Shown here: one piece after another, positions 14,801-29,800 of the stretch
Position numbering within the stretch: the stretch's first letter is position 1
Layout of the letters: the number at the start of each line of letters is the position of its first letter
DNA from: Okamejei kenojei
Lineage: Eukaryota
Assembly (NCBI GenBank): GCA_035221665.1
Contig: CM069144.1
Coordinates: 39,680,001-39,744,000 of the forward strand
Reading direction: 5' to 3'
DNA length: 64,000 nt
Position numbers and translations under genes: made by a program
The notes under the pieces: model-generated
Told to the model about the DNA's origin: nothing
Databases searched by the model: none
The model's input: only the letters and a program-made list of their open reading frames with translations

Positions 14801-17800
14801 GAAGGAAAATGATACATAGTTTTCAAATTTTTTTACAAATAAAAAACTGAAAAGTGTGGCGTGCAAAAGTATTCAGCCCCCCCTTTACTCTGATACCCCT
14901 AAATAGAATCCAGTGCAACCAATTGCCTTCAGAAGTCACCTAATTAGAGTCCACTTGTGTGTAATCTAATCTCAGTATAAATACAGCTGTTCTGAGAAGG
15001 CCTGAGGTTTGTTAGAGAACATTGGTGAACAAACAGCATCATGAAGCCCAAAGAAAACACCAGAAAGGTCAGGGATAAGTTGTGGAGAAGTCTAAAGCAG
15101 GGTTTGGTTATAAAAAAATATCTCTAGGTTTGAACATCGCACAGAGCACTGTTCAATCCATCATCCAAAAATGGAATGAGTATGGCACAACTGCAAACCT
15201 ACCAAGACATGGCCGTCCACCTAAACTGACAGGCCGGGCAATGAGAGCATTGATCAGCCAAGCAGCCAAGAGGCCCATAGTAACTCTGGAGGAGCTGCAG
15301 CGATCCACAGCTCAGGTTGGAGAATCTGTCCACAGGTCAACTATTAGTCGTGCACTCCACAAATCGGGCCTTTATGGAAGAGTGGCAAGAAGAAAGCCAA
15401 TGCTGAAACAAAGCCATATGAAGTCCCGTTTGCAGTTTCCACAAGCCATGTGGGGGACACAGCAAACATGTGGAGGAAGGTGCTCTGATCTGATGAGATC
15501 AAAATTGAAGTTTTTGGCCTAAATGCAAAACGCTATGTGTGGTGGAAAACTAACACTGCACATCACCCTGAACACACAATCCCCACTGTGAAACATGGTG
15601 GTGGCAGCATCTTCAGCAGGGACAGGGAAGCTGGTCAGAGTTGATGGGAAGATGGATGGAGCCAAATACAGGGCAATCTTGGAAGAAAAACCTATTAGAA
15701 TCTGCAAAAGACATGAGACTGGGCGGAGGTTCACCTTCCAGCAGGACAACGACCCTAGACATACAGCCAGAAATACAATGGAATGGGTTAGATCAAGGCA
15801 TATTCATGTGTTAGAATGGCCCAGTCAAAGTCCAGACCTAAATCCAATTGAGAATCTCTGGCAAGACTTGAAAATTGCTGTTCACAGATGCTCTCCATCC
15901 AAGCTGACTGAGCTTGAGCTATTTTGCAAAGAAGAATGGGCAAAAATTTCAGTCTCCAGATGTGCAAAGTTGGTAGAGACATACCCCAAAAGACTTGCAG
16001 CTGTAATTGCAGCGAAAGGAGGTTCTACAAAGTATTGACTTAGGAGGGCTGAATACTTTTGCGCGCCACACTTTTCAGTTTTTTATTGGTAATAAAATTT
16101 GGGAACCATATATCATTTTCCTTCCACTTCACAATTATGCCCAGCTTTGTGTTGGTCTATCACATAAAATCCCAATAAAATGCATTTACGTTTGTGGTTG
16201 TAACGTGACAAAATGTGGAAAAGTTCAAGGGGTATGAATACTTTTGCAAGCCACTGTATACCATTATATAAATATATACACACATGAATAAATACCTTCA
16301 TACCTGCTCTCACATCTCCCCCCTCTCCACTGCCTCTATCGCGCCTTGATCGGTGCTGAGTGAGACATTTTATTCACTTACCATATTTTCATAAAATCAG
16401 CTGGAACTCGCTTCTGTTAATTCAGCTCCATATTCCCATTCCTCTTTGTTCATAGAGTCGTGCAGCATGGAAACAGGCCGTTCAGCCCCCGTGCAAGTGA
16501 GCCATTTGCCTGCGTTAACCAATATTAATCTAAACCTTTCCTATCCTGTCCAAGTGTCTTTTAAATGTTCTTATTGTACCTGTCTCAACCACTTCCAATG
16601 GTAGATTGTATGTACAGGTCTACCACTGATTTTTGCAGCGCTTGGAGATGGCACCTCCTTTAATCTGGGCAAAATTACGAGAGCACTTGAAATCCAGCCC
16701 CCGAAGTCCCTCTGAAAATGTGGTGCCTAGGATGGGTGAGACAGTTGATCTCTACCTCATTGGGACTTCCGCGCGGATTGGCGGGTTGAATTTGCCCCAT
16801 GTGACCGGGGCACTGGAACTCCAGCCCGGCCAGAACCGGCAGTTCCATTCCCATAGCCGACTTTCAGGCTGATATCTCCGATACCTTTGGACTCCTCTCC
16901 GAAGCCGTGACCTCTGTTGGTTCGGCAAAACAGATAATCTAGAAAGTGCTCTGGAACCAAGTGTGCCGAAAAACCGATGGTGGACCTGTACCGTCCTCTA
17001 TGTGAAAAGGTTGCCCTTCAAGTTCCTATTAATTTTTTTTCCTTCTTGCCTGCATTTCCATCAGCTTTTTGAAGGCGAGAGTTCCAGGTTTTCACTGGGC
17101 TTTCTGCTGTTTGCTGCTTTAAAATTATGGTCCTGCTTATTCCTGGGGAGTTTGTAGTGCAAAGGGCAGAAACAGCAATTATGGTCATCTCACCAAATTG
17201 TCACCTTGGTTATTGTTCTGACCAAAGACCTTGGCCTGAAAATGCACTCTCTCCAGATGCTGCCTGACAGCATTCCCTTTGGATTTACTTTGATGATTTG
17301 TGTGCATCTCCCAACATCTATCCTATTGCTAATTTGTTCCTGGCCCTGCTGTCAAACGTGGAAAGTTTTGTTTATTTTAAATACATTTTATGCAAAATAT
17401 ACTGCTAATTGGAGCAAACAAACAATTGGAATGACCCTTGATGTTGAGTGGGCTTTTTATATCCAGCTGTTGTGGTTCTATCGTGTGCTGAAACATTCTC
17501 TCTACTCTCAGACCTGGCAATCCACTATCCTGGTTGTGTCGCACGATCGCAATTTCCTGAACGCCGTGGCCACCGACATCGTTTACCTGCATTCGCAGCG
17601 TTTGGAGACGTATCGGGGCGATTATGAAAACTTCATAAAGACTAAAGAGGAAAGGCTGAAAAACCAGCAGCGGGAATATGAGGCTCAGCATCAGTACAGA
17701 GAGCACATACAGGTAAATGTTCAGCAGTGCAGGTGAACCCTGGCAGCTTGCAATGAGAGACGATTGTTGAGGGCTTGATGATATTTGTATCCTCTCCAGC

Positions 17801-20800
17801 CACAGGCAAAGTCCTGGGGGACTGGAGAGTAGCCAATGCTGTATTTTGTTTAGGAAGGAAAACGGATAATCCAGGAAGTTAACCTCTCGTCATTGGTATG
17901 GAAGCTGTTGGAGAAGATTCTTAGGGATAGGAATTACTCCCATTTGAAAGAGAATGGGCATGTCAGGAAAAGTCAGCATGCCTTGCGCTTTTTGAAGGGG
18001 GTGATGAATGTAATTGATGAGGATAGGGCATGGATATTGCTTACAGTGGACGTCATTGAGGCATTTGACAAGGTCCCTCATGGTAGGCTGATCCGTAAGA
18101 TTAAGGTGCATGGGGCGTGTGGTGAGTTGGGCACGGCATTGCGTGGAACAGCGACAGTGTGGGCGTCATAGTGGCACAGCTGGTAAAGCTGCTGTCACAC
18201 AGCGCCAGAGACCTGGGTTAGATCCAAACCTCGGGTGCTGTCTGTGCAGAGCTTGCACGTTCTCCCTGTGACCTGTGCGGTTTCCTCCCAAATTCCAAAG
18301 ATATGCAGGTTAATTGGCCTGTGTAAATTGCTCATGGTGTGCAAAGACTGCACAAACATGGAACTAGTGTGAGATTAATGGTTGGCTTGGACTCAGTGGG
18401 ACGAAGGGGTTCTTTCCATACTGTATCTCTAAAAAAAAAGAGTCAGGAAGTAATGTTGCCAATTGCTAAAACTTTGGTTGGGCCACATTTTGAGTATTTT
18501 GTGCAGCTCTGCCCATTATAAGAAGGATGTGCAGCTTTTGAGAGGGTGCAGAAGAGGTTTACCACGATGCTACCTGGATTGGACAGTATTAACTATAAGA
18601 AGAGGTTGGACATCAGAGGCTGTGGGGAGACCAGATAGCAATACATAAAATTAGATGGGGTACAGTCAGAACTCTTTTCTCCAGGTGGAAATGTCAAATA
18701 ATAGAGGGCATAGCTTCAAGGACAGTGGGGAAAGTTTAAAGGAAAAATATAGTGCCATTTTTTTTACACAGAATGGAGGGTGCCTGGAACGAGCTGTCAG
18801 GCGTGGTTGTTGAAGCATATATAACAGTGGTGTTTGAGGCTTTTATTCAGCACATAAACATGCAGGGAATGGAGAGAGATGGATCACGTGCAGGCAGCTT
18901 TACTTTATATCCTGTGAGACACAGACCATAGAACAGTGCCCATTGAGTGATATGGGTAGAGGTACAAATTGTGAAATTTCAGGCAGGAATATAGGTGGAA
19001 GGGGACAGGAGGAGGGGGGAGGGGATGTGTGCAATACAGGTGGGGCACAAGGAAGGGGGGGGGAGAGGAGTGAGAAGGGGGCGGGGTTGTTAGTTATCTA
19101 AAATTGGAGAACTCAATGTTCAGACTGTTAGATTGTAAGCAACTGTCGTTCAGGTATGCACCAACTGTGATCTGCTGGAAAGCGGGAGCAGTGTGGGACC
19201 AGTGCTTATCCACTGCACTTAAGACAGCGAGATCCTGAGAATGAAAACGTGTGAACCTTGGTGATGATCGTTTTTATTAAACAAACAACATATTTAAACC
19301 CTTTAGGTGTTCATTGACAGGTTCCGATACAATGCCAACAGAGCTTCACAAGTACAGAGCAAGCTGAAACTTCTGGAAAAACTGTAAGTATTGGAGGTAC
19401 ACAACAGGGACTTTAATAATAAGTCAAAACAATTGGATAATTCATTGGAATTGCTGTTCTATGGTCTCTTTAAATTGTTGTTAAAATGAAAAATCTGGAG
19501 GAGTTGTCAGTTTGTTCCCAAGGACGATTTTTCAAAACACAGCTGGCATTACTGTTCCATGGATCAGCAGTTAAGTTTAGTTCAGAGATACAGCATCGAA
19601 ACAGGCTCTTTGGGCCGAGTCCACTCCGACCATCGATCACCCATTCACACTAGTTCTATGTTATCCCACTTTCTAATCCACCCCCTTAACACCAGGGGCA
19701 ATTACAGAAACTAATTAACCTACCAAGCCAAATGTCTTTGGGATGTGGTAACAAACCGGAGCACCTGGAGGAAACGCATGCGGTCACTGGGAGAACGTGC
19801 AAACTCCACGTAGACAACACCTGGCTCTAACAGCTGTGCCACTGTACCTATTTAAAGGCGGTTTCGCACCATTTAATCACTATGTGGTAATTTAGATGTA
19901 ATACTGGTTACAAGTTGTTATCCAACATTAAAATAAATCATGAATCTTGACTATCATGTAAGAAGAATAGAGGCTGCTATTTTCTGAATGCTACAGTCTG
20001 TTGCCCGCAGTAATGCAGTGTGTTATTATTAGGTAAGTGCAGCATACACTTGGCTGCTGGTTGCCACATGGTGAACACAGGGCTCGGGTGAAAAGTGGAT
20101 GGAGAGTTTTACCTGAAATGTTAAATATTTCACCAAGAGATATGGCCAGTGTGTTGTTGATGCATTCTGACAGGGTATTTGTCTGTCTGATTATTTCTAG
20201 AGATACAAAGTGCTGGAATAACTCAGTGGGCCGGGCAGCATTTCTGGAGAACATAGATAGGGTTAAGATCCTTCTTCAGACTGATCAGTCCGAAGAAGGT
20301 TCCCGACCCGAAACGTCACCTATACATGTTTTCCAGAGATGTTGCATGACACGCTGAGTTACTTCAGCACTTTGTATCTTTTTTTGTAAACCAGCATCTG
20401 CAGTTCCTTGTGTCTCCACTAATTATTTCTAGCTCCTTTTCTTCAGCTTTTTGGCTACAATACGAAAAGATTTTGGGATGTCCTGAACGTGATGTAAAAG
20501 ATGGTCTGTAAAGATGAATAATTATCATTTTGAGTTAACACACAAGTTCAGTGAGTGAACATAGAACAGTACAGTAGAGATGCAGGCTCTTCGGCCCATG
20601 TCAAACATTATGCCAAGTTAGACTAACCGCCATTGGCTGCTCATGATCTTTATCCCTCTATTCCCTGCATAGCCATGTGCCTATCTAAAAGCCTTGTAAA
20701 CACCTCTATCATATCTACCTCTACTACCGTTCCTGGCAGCATATTCCAGGCACTCACCTTTTTTTAAAATACTTGCCCCCGCATATCTTTCCCTTTGAAT

Positions 20801-23800
20801 TTTGCTCCTCTGACTTTAAAGCTATGCTCTGATCCTTGACATTTCCATCCTGGGAAAAAGGTTCTGACTGTCTACAATATCTATGCCTCGCATAATTGTA
20901 CATATTTCTATCAGCCCTCTTCTCAACCTCGAACACTCCAGACAAAACAATCCAAGTTTGCCCAACCTTGCTTTATAGCTAATATACTGAATAAAATAAT
21001 CCTGACATCATTCTGGTAAACCAGAATTTGGTAAACCAGAATTTGGTAAACCAGAATGAGTTAAGAGTGTGCTGGAAGCTTACTTGTGAAGTATTTACTG
21101 GATCTAGCCTCTCCATTTATGGACCAGCTTCATTACCTCATGAGTATATTCTGGTTGTAATGCTTGAATACTTCAGTGGAATAAGGTGCTGATCTATTTA
21201 GTGACAATATCAATGAAATTCCCAGATATTGCAGTGGAGAAATGTTAATTGAATGTGTCGAACTGCCATATGTCTACATAATCTAATTTGCAACCTGCAA
21301 ATTCTGGAGTTAGAGCAGAGAGAGAGAATTTTATAATTTTAGATTGAAGTTCTGATAACTCTAAGTGATCTGTTCTCCGAAATCTGAGGTATTTTTGTGT
21401 AATTTAAAACGTTGTTCTGTGGTTGTTTAGTTTCCAATACATTTTGAATTTGAGCTGTTTCTATTCCCCAGGCCCGAGCTGAAGCCTCTTGAGAAGGAGC
21501 CAGAAGTGACGATCAGGTAAGAAGCATGCGTGGGGACCAAGGAATGGTGTGGCTCAGAGTGAAGCCATTGGTGTATGCGCTGAGGAACTGGAACTATTTG
21601 TGCAAACTTAACAATGCTGCTGTCAGTGAGAAAGGCAGAGGCAAAGAGAGAGCCAATTCCAAGCGGTTCAGCAGTCTGTATGATGAGCTACTGGTTTGTT
21701 CCTGTGCAAGAGGACTACTGGGTGAAGTGCTCCGTATTGAGGAGACTGGTGAAATTGCACTGAGAATGTTGTCCCCAACATATCCCAGCAGATTTTAACA
21801 TTCCCTGAAATGTCAAAAATGAGGAAACTGCTTCAAATCTGTTGTAGTTTCCAAATGCAATCTCATTTCTACATGCCCCGAAAGATCAGTGAGCGACGAT
21901 TGGGAAGATAAATAGGCAGGGACCTTTGTAATCTTGAGGGCACTGATATCTACATTGTGGCTACAAGAGATGCTGAGAGTGAGTTAATTTGTAGAGTCTG
22001 GGCATCACCGATAGGGCAAGTATTTAGTTCCCATTCCTAACTGCCCTTGAGAAGGTTGGGCTGAGCTGCCTTGAACTGCTGCAGTCCTAGTGAAGATCTC
22101 CTGTTGGGTAGGGTTTTCAGGATTGAGACCCAATGACAAGTGCTTTCAGGAGAACTGGAGAAGTTAGGAGATCCATGGTGAATAGTTCCCCAGGGCCTTC
22201 CACCACTTACAAGGAATATAATGGAATATTCCTGTGCAGATGAATGCCTATCCAATAAAATTTGAGAATCTCAGACCATCCACGGTAATGACAGATGCTG
22301 GGAGTTTTCAGCTGGTTGTAGGAATGGAAACAGTTAACGCTTCAGGCCAATGGCATTTCATCAGGACTAGGAAATGCTGGAAATCAACTGTGTTTAATTT
22401 GTAGATAGACAGTTAAGGAAAATGGTTGTGATGGGTGGGGATGGAAAGGGGAGGGGGGGGGTTAAGATCTGGAGACCACTCAGAAAGGATGGTGCAGAGT
22501 TTTTAATCAAATCTTCCAACTGGAGGAGGTATGAGTGGTGGAACTGTGAGGTATTAAATGCCACAGCTGTTGGAAATCTGAAATGAAGGAGAGTCACACT
22601 GCCAAATAGGCAGAACATCGTTGTCGTACTTAAAATATCCTGGAGCTATCTCATGAGGCTTTACAGGTTAAACCTAGCAACAAGAGAGGGGTGAGCTTGG
22701 GTTTATAATATCGGTTTTGGTTTATAATTACAGGCCTGCAATTAGTCAGAGGGAATTAGAGGAGCAGGTCTGTAAGTAAACCACAGAAAGGTGCTAGAGC
22801 ATAGGATTACAATAATGGGGGATTTAAAGTTCCCCAATATTGACTGGGATTTACTTGGTGCAAGGGGCTTAGATGGGGCAGAATTTGTTAAATGCTCCAA
22901 GAATTTTTTTAAGTGTTTTTTGTTAAATGCTCCTAGAGTGTTTTTGCAGACAATTTCTGGTTGTAGGAGAAACAGGTAGGTACTCTATATCAGGAAATTA
23001 AACTGGACAAGTGGTGGAAGTGTCCGTGGGTGAACTCTGAGAAAGGTGATTGCAATTCTCTTGTTTCAAGGTAGTTCTGGAAAGGGGTAAGGCTGGTCCT
23101 CAAATTAAGATGGCAGGAAGCTGATTTCAACAGTGCAAGTGGACTTGTCAATCGTAGATTGGGAGCAGTTGATCAATAAATCAATATCTGACGAGTAGGA
23201 TTCTTCTAAAAGAGCTCGGGGCCAGCATATTCTGGCGAGGGTGTAAGACAAAGATGACAAGCTTGAAGTCAGCATTTTTCAGATGTAGGTAACTGGAATT
23301 GAAAGAGTCTCTTGAGGAGGGTCTTCAATGAGTATTTCTCCTCTGATTTTTACCATGGGGAATTTGGGACAGATAATGGAAATATCTTGAGGACAGTCCT
23401 TGTTATGGTCAAGGGGCTGCTGGATGTTATAAGGTGTACGAAGGTAGATACATTTTCCAGGCCTGATCAGATACATCCAAGGATATTGGGAAGCTAAAGA
23501 AGAAAGTGCAGGAGCCCTGATTGAGATAAATGAATTACCATTAGGCGTGGGTGAGGTGCCAGATAGCTCAAGTGTGGCTAATGTGTCTCTATTTAAGAAG
23601 GGCTACAAGGAAAAGCCTGGGAACTATAGTCTAAGCCAGGCACTATCCTGTGTAATTCAGGCACGTTATTGCCAAACCTTGCAAAACCGGTAACCAATGG
23701 ATTTGGAGGCATATTACTTTGTTTGACTGTTCTTCCCGTTGATCGAAAAACAGGAAGGTAGACTATTATTTGAATGGTGACCGATTAGGAAAAGGGGAGA

Positions 23801-26800
23801 TGCAGCGAGACCTGGGTGTCATGGTACACCAGTCATTGAAAGTAGGCATGCAGGTGCAGCAGGCAGTGAAAAAAGCGAATGGTATGTTGGCATTCATAGC
23901 AAAAGGATTTGAGTACAAGAGCAGGGAGGTTCTACTGCAGTTGTACAGCGTCTTGGTGAGGCCACACCAGGAGTATTGTGTACAGTTTTGGTCTCCTAAT
24001 CTGAGGAAAGACATTCTTGCCATAGAGGGAGTACAGATAAGGTTCACCAGACTGATTCCTGGGATGGCACGACTTCCATATGAAGAAAGACTGGATAGAC
24101 TTGGCTTGTACTCGCTGGAATTTAGAAGATTGAGGGGTGATCTCATAGAGACTTACAAAATTCTTAAGGGGTTGGACAGGCTAGATGCAGGAAGATTGTT
24201 CCCGATGTTGGGGAAGTCCAGGACAAGGGGTCACAGTTTAAGGATAAGGGGGAAGTCTTTTAGGACCGAGATGAGAAAATCGTTTTTCACACAGTGGTGA
24301 ATCTGTGGAATTCTCTTCCACAGAAGGTAGTTGAGGCCAGTTCGTTGGCCATATTTAAGAGGGAGTTGGATGTGGCCCTTGTGGCTGAAGGGATCAGGGG
24401 GTATGGAGAGAAGGCACGTACAGGATACTGAGTTGGATGATCAGCCATGATCATATTGAATGGCGCTGCAGGCTCGAAGGGCCGAATGGCCTGCTCCTGC
24501 ACCTAATTTCTATGTTTCTATGTTTCTATTGCAAGGCTTTGCACATGTTTGTAATTTGACATCAGTTTGTCCCTGTGATCTGCACTTTATATGTTCCCCT
24601 GTGAGAATTCATACTGTGACATTCTTGTCTTCCTCCTCAGGTTCCCTGACAATTTTGAGAAGCTGTCCCCTCCAATCTTACAGATGACTGAGGTAGACTT
24701 CAGTTATAATCCCGAGTGTCCCATCTTTAAAGATCTCTCAGTGTCTGCTGATCAGGACTCACGAATTTGCATCGTACGTACATTTATTCTGTTACTGAAT
24801 GCCTTAAACTTTCTAACGTCTGTTTCTGCACCAGATCAGAGTGGTTGAAAGTGCACTTTTTGTTGACAGCTGGCCAATGTGCTTCTCCTGTCTGCTCTTA
24901 GGCAGAGGATAGCTTTGCATGGTTACATCAGGACTTGATCCCCAGCATAAGCTGATGTTCAGCTGCAGTGGTGATATGGCCACAACTGGTCTCAGCTCCC
25001 TTGTGTTCAGAAAGGGAACAATTGACCCTATTCTTGATCGTTGTCCTGTGAGATTGTTGGGGATTTATGGGTTGTATGTAAAGCTGTAAAAAGATATTGC
25101 TGGAGGAACTCTGGGTTAGGCAGCATCATTAGAGGCAGGGGATGTTGATGTTTTGGTTTGAAATCCTACATTACTAATTACTAGATTAGTACATTACTAC
25201 ATTACTAATCCTAGTGTTGGGTCTGAAACAGTGACCATCTGTTTGCCTCTATAGAGGCTGCCTGACCACAGTTTGGATTTTGAATTGGGTAACAGTCCCC
25301 CATGTCTCTCAGTGTAAAACAGACCATGGAAGTTGCGGTGGCTTTGGATCAGGTTTTAGTCTTCCCATGTTCGAACGGAACTGCTGTCTCATAATTGCTG
25401 TTTTGGCAAAATGCAGAGGCTTTGGTCTGAGTGTTCCCATCAACAGGGATGATTTCAGGAGGAGAGCACAATGGTGATCAGTAGGGAAGGGCAGACATGG
25501 GATGCATGGGAACAGTGAATGCCTGAGGGTGTTGCTGTGCTCTGTGTGGACACCACATACACAGCTGCTGTCACAACTGCCTCTGTGCAGCACTCAAATG
25601 AAAGGTCCCTCTGGGCATGCTGTGCGCACTTCAGTTGTGAGCATTGCAATATGGCAACCGAAAATTTACAGAGGATATGTTCGTGCCGTTTGAAATCAAG
25701 TCTAATCCCACCTTCCCTATGGTCACGGCTCTTTGGGAACACGTGCAGGTTGCTCCTCCCTCTTATAATTCTTCTATCAATTAATATATCTCTTCGCCTG
25801 CATTTTTTTTACTCTACTGAGGGATCTAGGTCCTTCTAAAGTAGTGTCTAAAAATGTCATACACTTTTTAGTGCAGAAGCCACTAGCTGTTGTTGATCTA
25901 TAATTTCTGTTCTGTCTACAGGTGGGGGAGAATGGCGCTGGTAAAACGACACTGTTAAAGATACTGCTCGGGGACCTAGCACCAGTTCAAGGCATTAGAC
26001 ACGCACACAGGTACAATCTTGTAATACCTTGTAAATAACTTTGCCCAGTTGAGGAAGAGTGCCCTTGGAAAGATACAGTGGTTACATTTGCTGATAGTTT
26101 GTCTACCATCGGAAGAGGACATTTAATCAAATATCTAATTGTCCCTTTCTTTTCCAACCACTCTTATTCTTCGATGACTTTCCTTACTTATCAAATTCCT
26201 ATGCCAGTTTCTGTTGAGTCTAATTCCTCTGTTGCCAGGACTCAAGGGCCTGAGCTACAGGCGGAGGTTGTGCAGGCTAGGATTTTATTTCTTGGAGCGT
26301 AGGAAACTGAGGAGTGGTCTTATAAAGGTGCATAAAAACATGGGGAGAATAGAGTGGGTAAATGCACAGTCAGGGGAAGAGGAATCAAGAACAAGAGGGC
26401 ACAGGTTCAAGGTGCGGGGGAGTGATTTAATAGAACCTGAGCAGCAACTTGTCACGCAGAGGGTGGTGGGTATATGGATCAAACTGCCAGAGGAAGTAGA
26501 TGAGACAGGTACTATAACAGCATTTAAAAGATACTTGAACAGATATATAGATACGGGAAATCTTTCGAGGGACGAGGATCAATCCAGCTGCGTGAATATT
26601 GATTTCTCTAACTTCAAGTAACCCTTGCATCTCTTCTCTCTCCATTGCTCCCCACCCAAGTCATTGTACTAGTTTCACTGTAGTGCTGTTGAGTTTCAAT
26701 GTTTGTATAACTCGTTATCACCTCGCCCGCAGCCAACAATAGACCATTGTTGGCTCCACCTTTCTTTGATCATTACTTTTTGCATATCTTTCATTCATTT

Positions 26801-29800
26801 GTTCTATATCTCTCTATCACCGTATATATCGCACGCCTCCCTTTCCCCCGACTCTCACTGAAGAAGGATCTCGACCCGAAATGTTGCCTATTTTCTCCAG
26901 AGCTGTTGCCTGACCTGCGGAGTTACTCCAGTTTTGTGTGTGTCTATCTAAGGCTTAGCGGGATATGGGCTAAACATGGGACTAGCTTAGATGGGGCATA
27001 TTGGTCAGCATGGATGTTGGGCCAAAAGGCCTGTTCCAGTGCTACATAACTCCATAACTCTGCCTATTTGGACAACTTATTACAAATTACAGTAACAGAT
27101 TGTAGTGTTTAGAGATGCAACATGCAAACAGGCCCTTCAGCCCACCGTTTCTATGTCGACAATCGAGCACCCATATTCTAGCGCTATGTCCTACACATTA
27201 GGGGCAATTTGCAGAGTCCAGTTAAGCTACAAAACCACACACCTTTGGGATGTGGAAAGAAACCAGAGCACCCGGAGGAAATCCACGCAGTCATAGGAAG
27301 AACATGCAAATTCCACACATACAGCACCCATGGTCAGGTCTCTGGCACTGTGAGGCTCTGGCTCAACCTGCTGCGCAACAGTCCCAAAGAGGGAGATTCA
27401 ACAGACTCAATCTGAGTGGCAAGTACACTTCCATTTGGCTGGAGTGGGCTGTACACCACATAACATGGGAGAATGGGAAATTATTGAGCGACCTGCCCAC
27501 ATGTCTATCATCAAACCTGTCCTGTTATTTTTACACCCTCTGTCCAAAGTTACATCTGTTTCCCTGGCTCATGTATGTTCAGCCTCTCTTTTACCCACTG
27601 CGACTCTCCTACCTCCCCTCCCTCTCGGCCAACACTCATTCTCTCATTCACCTCACCATCTCTCTTGACCCCTTTCCCCTTGACAATTCCTCTTCTGGCT
27701 GATTTCCTATTCATACTCCAGTCCCGTTTGTTCTGGATCCCGTTCATTATCATTGTTGACAAGTGAATCATAAGGAGATTGGAACCTGTTTGCATTCCCA
27801 AAGTTTGGCAGCACAGTCCTGGATTAAAGGTTTATGTTATATAACATGCCAGCGGATGCTACAACAATGCAATGGTCCACAAGATGATTGTGTTTCTGAT
27901 TGTAATGTAGATCTATATTTCTGTGGTGGCTGGATCACTGTTAATAATTTCTGGCAGTTTACTGAAGAAGGTATGTTTCGGTTTGTGCGGTTGCGGGTCC
28001 CCTGTGGTGCTACCTCCAAGTTGTTGTGCAGATTGGAATAACAAAGGGATAGGCACTGGGTGGAGCGATGGAATCCTGACCAATGTGAATAACCGCTTCA
28101 GTGTGAGGAAGTGAAATAATAGTCTTGCCTGCCCTTACTTTCTCCCCACTGCTCTTCACTGAACAGGAGTTTAAAGATTGGCTACTTCAGTCAGCATCAT
28201 GTGGACCAGCTGGAAATGAACATCAACTCGGTGGAACTTTTGGCTACAAAATTCCCAGGTAATTCGCACCATGGTCCTTGGTTGGGGTTTTTAGTTTAGA
28301 TTAGAAATACAGCGTGGAAACAAGCTCTTCCGCCCGCCGAGTCCAATCGATCACCCATTTTGGAATTACATTGCATCTGATACTCAACTAAATATAAATT
28401 AACAAAATCACATCACAAATGATTACGTCCAAGGATGATTGTCACAGTGCACACTGTTAGGTTATACTTAGAAACTTTGAACTAAAATAGTGAATTGGTT
28501 ATTTACAACGCGGCTTACAAAAACACGACAAATAATAGTGAGAGCAATGGATCGGGGCACTGAGGCAATTTGGTTCCATATTATGGATGAACGATTGGAG
28601 TAGAAAAGGAATCCTTGCAGCAGTTACGTGAGATTTCAGTAAGACTACAGTTCAAGTGTAAACAGAAACTGCTGTATATACTCAGTGAATCGGGCAGCAT
28701 CTGTGGAGAGAGAAACACGGTTAACATTTCAGGTTGACGTCTTTCAGCCCAAGGTAAGCTGCAAATGGAACATATTAATTTGTAGAGCGGGAGAGGTGGA
28801 GAGAAAGGTAATGCCTGTGCTAGTGTGGAAACCAGGTGACAGACTGACACAGAAGATGGTGAAGGCTGGTGAACCTGGCTGAAGGAATTTGATGGCTGGG
28901 CTGGGTGGAGAGAAAAAAAATGTGCTAGACAAAACACAGCAGTTGCTGGATATCAAAAGAGATTGCTGGTTAGGCAGCATCGACGGAGAGGGTACAATTG
29001 CCTTATTATTTTAGTTTAGAGATACAGCAGGAAACAGCCCTTTGGCCCACCAAGTCTATGCGGACCATCGATCACCCGTTCACACTAGTTCTATGGTATC
29101 CCACTTTCTCATCCACTCCCCATACGCAAGGCACAATTTTACATAGGGCCACTAAACTTACAAACCATTGCAACTTTGGAGTTGTGGGATGAAACTGGAG
29201 CACCTGTAGGAAACCCACGAGGTAAAACGTGCAAACACCTCAGATAGTACCGGAGTTCAGGATCAAACCTGGGAAGCTGGCACGGTGAGGCATCAGCTCT
29301 ACCAGCTGCTCCACTGTGAGCCCCATATCAATTGTTACATATTAATGATCTTTTGACACAAACGAATGGCTGGCTCTCTGAAATTGTTGAACTCAACGTC
29401 CAATCTTGAGGACTATTCTGTGCATATTTGGAAGATGAGATGCTATTCTGACCTTGTGTTGAGTAAGGACACAAAGTTAAAGTGGGAGATGGCTGGAGAG
29501 TTAAGATCAGCACTCGGGATCATTGGTGTTTGCACAGAAGCTGCTTAATCCAGTTTCCCTAATGCAGGGAGTCTCTTGTTTTGATCTGTACCCATGGGTG
29601 TGTTTTGAAGGATATACTTGGCTTAGAAACTATGTGGTTTAGATTTACTGGATTATTCCCTGGAATAAACAGGTTGCTCTATGAGGAGAGGGAGAATGTG
29701 GCTTGGCTTGTACCAGTGGAGGTTGAATCGAGCGACCTAACTGAAATTCAGAAGGGAATTGTAGACACAAGAAACTGCAGCTGCTGGTATACTGAAAAGG